Origin: Oligoflexales bacterium
GTDB lineage: Bacteria > Bdellovibrionota_B > Oligoflexia > Oligoflexales > RGVZ01
DNA: 10,622 nucleotides
Direction of reading: 5' to 3'
Assembly (NCBI GenBank): GCA_044236265.1
Contig: JBIIGV010000096.1
Span: forward strand, 1 to 10,622
The position numbers and the translations under genes were made by a program. The notes under the pieces are model-generated. The model did no database searches. It was not told the origin of the DNA and saw nothing but the letters and a program-made list of their open reading frames with translations. Positions 8,918 to 10,622 of the stretch are shown here, one piece after another (position 1 is the stretch's first letter; every line of letters starts with the position of its first letter).

Positions 8918-9559
8918 GTGGCATTTACGAATTTTGAGACTAAAGATATTCATTGTAAGGTCATCTACTTTGGACCGTCGTCTTCAGGAAAGTCAGAGAA
9001 CCTTCGCTCGATTTTCAACCAAACATCAGCAGAAATACGCTCAGGACTTTTGGAGCTCCAGCAAGAAGACGGCTCCACCAGATACTTCGACTTTTTACCG
9101 CTCAGTATCGGACAGCTCGGCGACTTTCACGTCAAATTGCATCTGTTCACGTTGCCGGTGAGTAGTCTCTATCAAAGCACAGCCTCGGTGATTCTTCGCG
9201 GGGTCGACGGATTTGTTTTTGTGGCGGACTCACGCATCGAAAGCCTGATCGAGAACACCAAGGCCATGAACAAGTGTCGACGCCTCCTTCAAGACGAAGG
9301 CTATAACGTCGCTGAGTTGCCTCGCGTCATCCAATACAACAAACGAGATCTCGACGGCATTCTGCCCATCGACATTCTCCGCCAAGAACTTAATTCAGCT
9401 GGTTATCCAGACTTTGAGACATGTGCCACGCAGAATGTAGGTGTCATGGAGTGTCTAGAAAGTCTTGCGCGCCAGATTATGGACAAGCTCGAACAAGGAC
9501 ACCAATCCATCACCCCGTCAGGACAAAATTATGGCCACTCTGATCCACTGTCCTACTGA
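8918..9559 (+). CDS. mglA: MglA-family Ras-like small GTPase, divergent (probably hydrolysis-deficient)
   Basis: Colinear with M. xanthus MglA as recalled: I.CKVIYFGP...GK..NL, FDFLPLS.G, HLFT.P, ILRGVDGFVFVADS, GY....P.VIQYNKRDL. GTG start with a GAAGGG SD. Catalytic positions are altered (see findings), so orthology to canonical mglA is uncertain. Confidence 0.88.
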   Translation: MAFTNFETKDIHCKVIYFGPSSSGKSENLRSIFNQTSAEIRSGLLELQQEDGSTRYFDFLPLSIGQLGDFHVKLHLFTLPVSSLYQSTASVILRGVDGFVFVADSRIESLIENTKAMNKCRRLLQDEGYNVAELPRVIQYNKRDLDGILPIDILRQELNSAGYPDFETCATQNVGVMECLESLARQIMDKLEQGHQSITPSGQNYGHSDPLSY

Positions 9560-9998
9560 TATCGCTGTTCTTCTAGTCGCGGTTAAACGAGAGGACGGAT
9601 TGATTGTAATTCCGTCTGATCCTGGAGATGTTCCTGGCATTATCTGCGATGTAAATCCCAGCCTTCCTATCAACCCACAATTGATTGATGCAGCTGCCGG
9701 GCGAACTAGTTTACCAAAAATTGAAATTTTTATTTGGCAGGAATTCCAGTGTGAGATTCAAATGCCAAACGGCATGCCTGCAACCGTCTATGCAGCAAGG
9801 ACTCTTAAGACACCAGACCAGATTCCAGAAGATGCTCGTCCGCTTCCAGATCTCATGCGTTCGATGCCACCCAACCGTAACAGGGTCGCCTACATGAAGG
9901 CTCTGCAGGTATTTTCAGGCGCATTGGAAGAGCAGACGAAGGCCCTTGATCTTGATGATGTCCGTCGTCACATTGAAAGTCTTACGCCGAAGAGTTAA
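9531..9998 (+). CDS. Hypothetical protein, 155 aa (possible degenerate Nudix-like fold)
   Basis: Open frame between mglA and mnmA on the operon strand. ATG 9531 has AGGA (9520-9523) 7 nt upstream and is preferred over the ORF-track start at 9465. It overlaps the mglA 3' end by 29 nt and ends in TAATAA. Confidence 0.75.
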   Translation: MATLIHCPTDIAVLLVAVKREDGLIVIPSDPGDVPGIICDVNPSLPINPQLIDAAAGRTSLPKIEIFIWQEFQCEIQMPNGMPATVYAARTLKTPDQIPEDARPLPDLMRSMPPNRNRVAYMKALQVFSGALEEQTKALDLDDVRRHIESLTPKS

Positions 9999-10010
9999 TA
10001 AATCCCTTTG

Positions 10011-10058
10011 ATTTCAAAGCTTTATCAGCGGGATAAGCCGCCTGAATTTTATTGAAAT
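10011..10058 (+). terminator. Imperfect stem-loop after the dnaX-mglA-ORF unit, possible terminator
   Basis: ATTTCAA (10011-10017) pairs with TTGAAAT (10052-10058), enclosing TCAG-CGG-gataag-CCG-c-CTGA, with ATTTTATT after the inner stem. Confidence 0.35.
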
Positions 10059-10113
10059 AACTCTTAAAATATCATAAAAACTCGTCCTGTCTATTTTTAA
10101 GTCAGGTTTTGTC

Positions 10114-10622
10114 ATGAAGATTGCAGCCCTCGTTTCCGGAGGGGTTGATAGTTCGGTGGTGCTCAGCATGCTTGCCCGAGAGGGGACGCATGACATTACC
10201 GCGTTTTATCTCAAAATATGGCTCGAAGATGAATTGCATTTCCTTGGTCAGTGCCCCTGGGAGGAAGACCTCTCATACGTCCGCGCTGTCTGCGACAAGT
10301 TAAACATTCCCTTGAAGGTCATTCCTCTTCAGCAGGAATACAACGAGCGCGTCGTAAGCTACACCATCTCTGAACTCAAAGCTGGTCGCACTCCGAGTCC
10401 TGATATTTTTTGCAACCAGCGGGTAAAATTCGGCGCTTTCCTCGACTATATTGACGATAGCTACGACAGAATCGCTACTGGTCACTACGCATCCACGTAT
10501 GAGGAAAACGGACGCGTTTATCTTCGTCAAGCGGTTGATCCAGTGAAAGATCAAACTTACTTTCTATCTCACCTGTCTCAAGAACAGTTGCAGCGTTGTT
10601 TGTTCCCCCTGGGCCCACTGCC
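10114..10622 (+). CDS. mnmA: tRNA-specific 2-thiouridylase, N-terminal part (runs off the window edge)
   Basis: Not in the ORF track. Manual translation from ATG 10114: MKIAALVSGGVDSSV...YLKIW...CPWEED...GRTPSPDIFCNQRVKFG...IATGHYA...DPVKDQTYFL...LFPLG. This includes the PP-loop and the other MnmA signature motifs. Confidence 0.97.
   Translation, partial: MKIAALVSGGVDSSVVLSMLAREGTHDITAFYLKIWLEDELHFLGQCPWEEDLSYVRAVCDKLNIPLKVIPLQQEYNERVVSYTISELKAGRTPSPDIFCNQRVKFGAFLDYIDDSYDRIATGHYASTYEENGRVYLRQAVDPVKDQTYFLSHLSQEQLQRCLFPLGPL

Noticed and set aside
10014..10554. ORF-track calls 10014..10196(-), 10121..10303(+), 10300..10554(-)
   Set aside because: They are shadows of mnmA, which starts at 10114 in another frame.

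Overview
Core-genome window of about 10.6 kb, probably from a Bdellovibrionota/Oligoflexia-like or related deltaproteobacterial-grade bacterium (inferred from an mglA-family gene directly after dnaX). Gene order: partial hisS (-, missed by the ORF track); FadF-like membrane Fe-S/CCG oxidoreductase; an exported M16 peptidase pair (active plus inactive subunit); exoD-like and dtd (-); SRP 4.5S RNA (ffs); dnaX; a divergent mglA-like GTPase; an overlapping 155-aa unknown ORF; partial mnmA (missed by the ORF track). No mobile element, CRISPR array or defence system was seen. The best candidate for something new is the mglA-like gene. It keeps the GTP-binding motifs but has lost the MglA catalytic residues (R53, G81/Q82), has no adjacent mglB, ybaB or recR, and overlaps an uncharacterised ORF that may be a degenerate Nudix fold. 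The dtd-ffs intergenic region is also rich in structure: an extended SRP stem with a 5' hairpin, nested inverted repeats and an NrdR-box-like palindrome.
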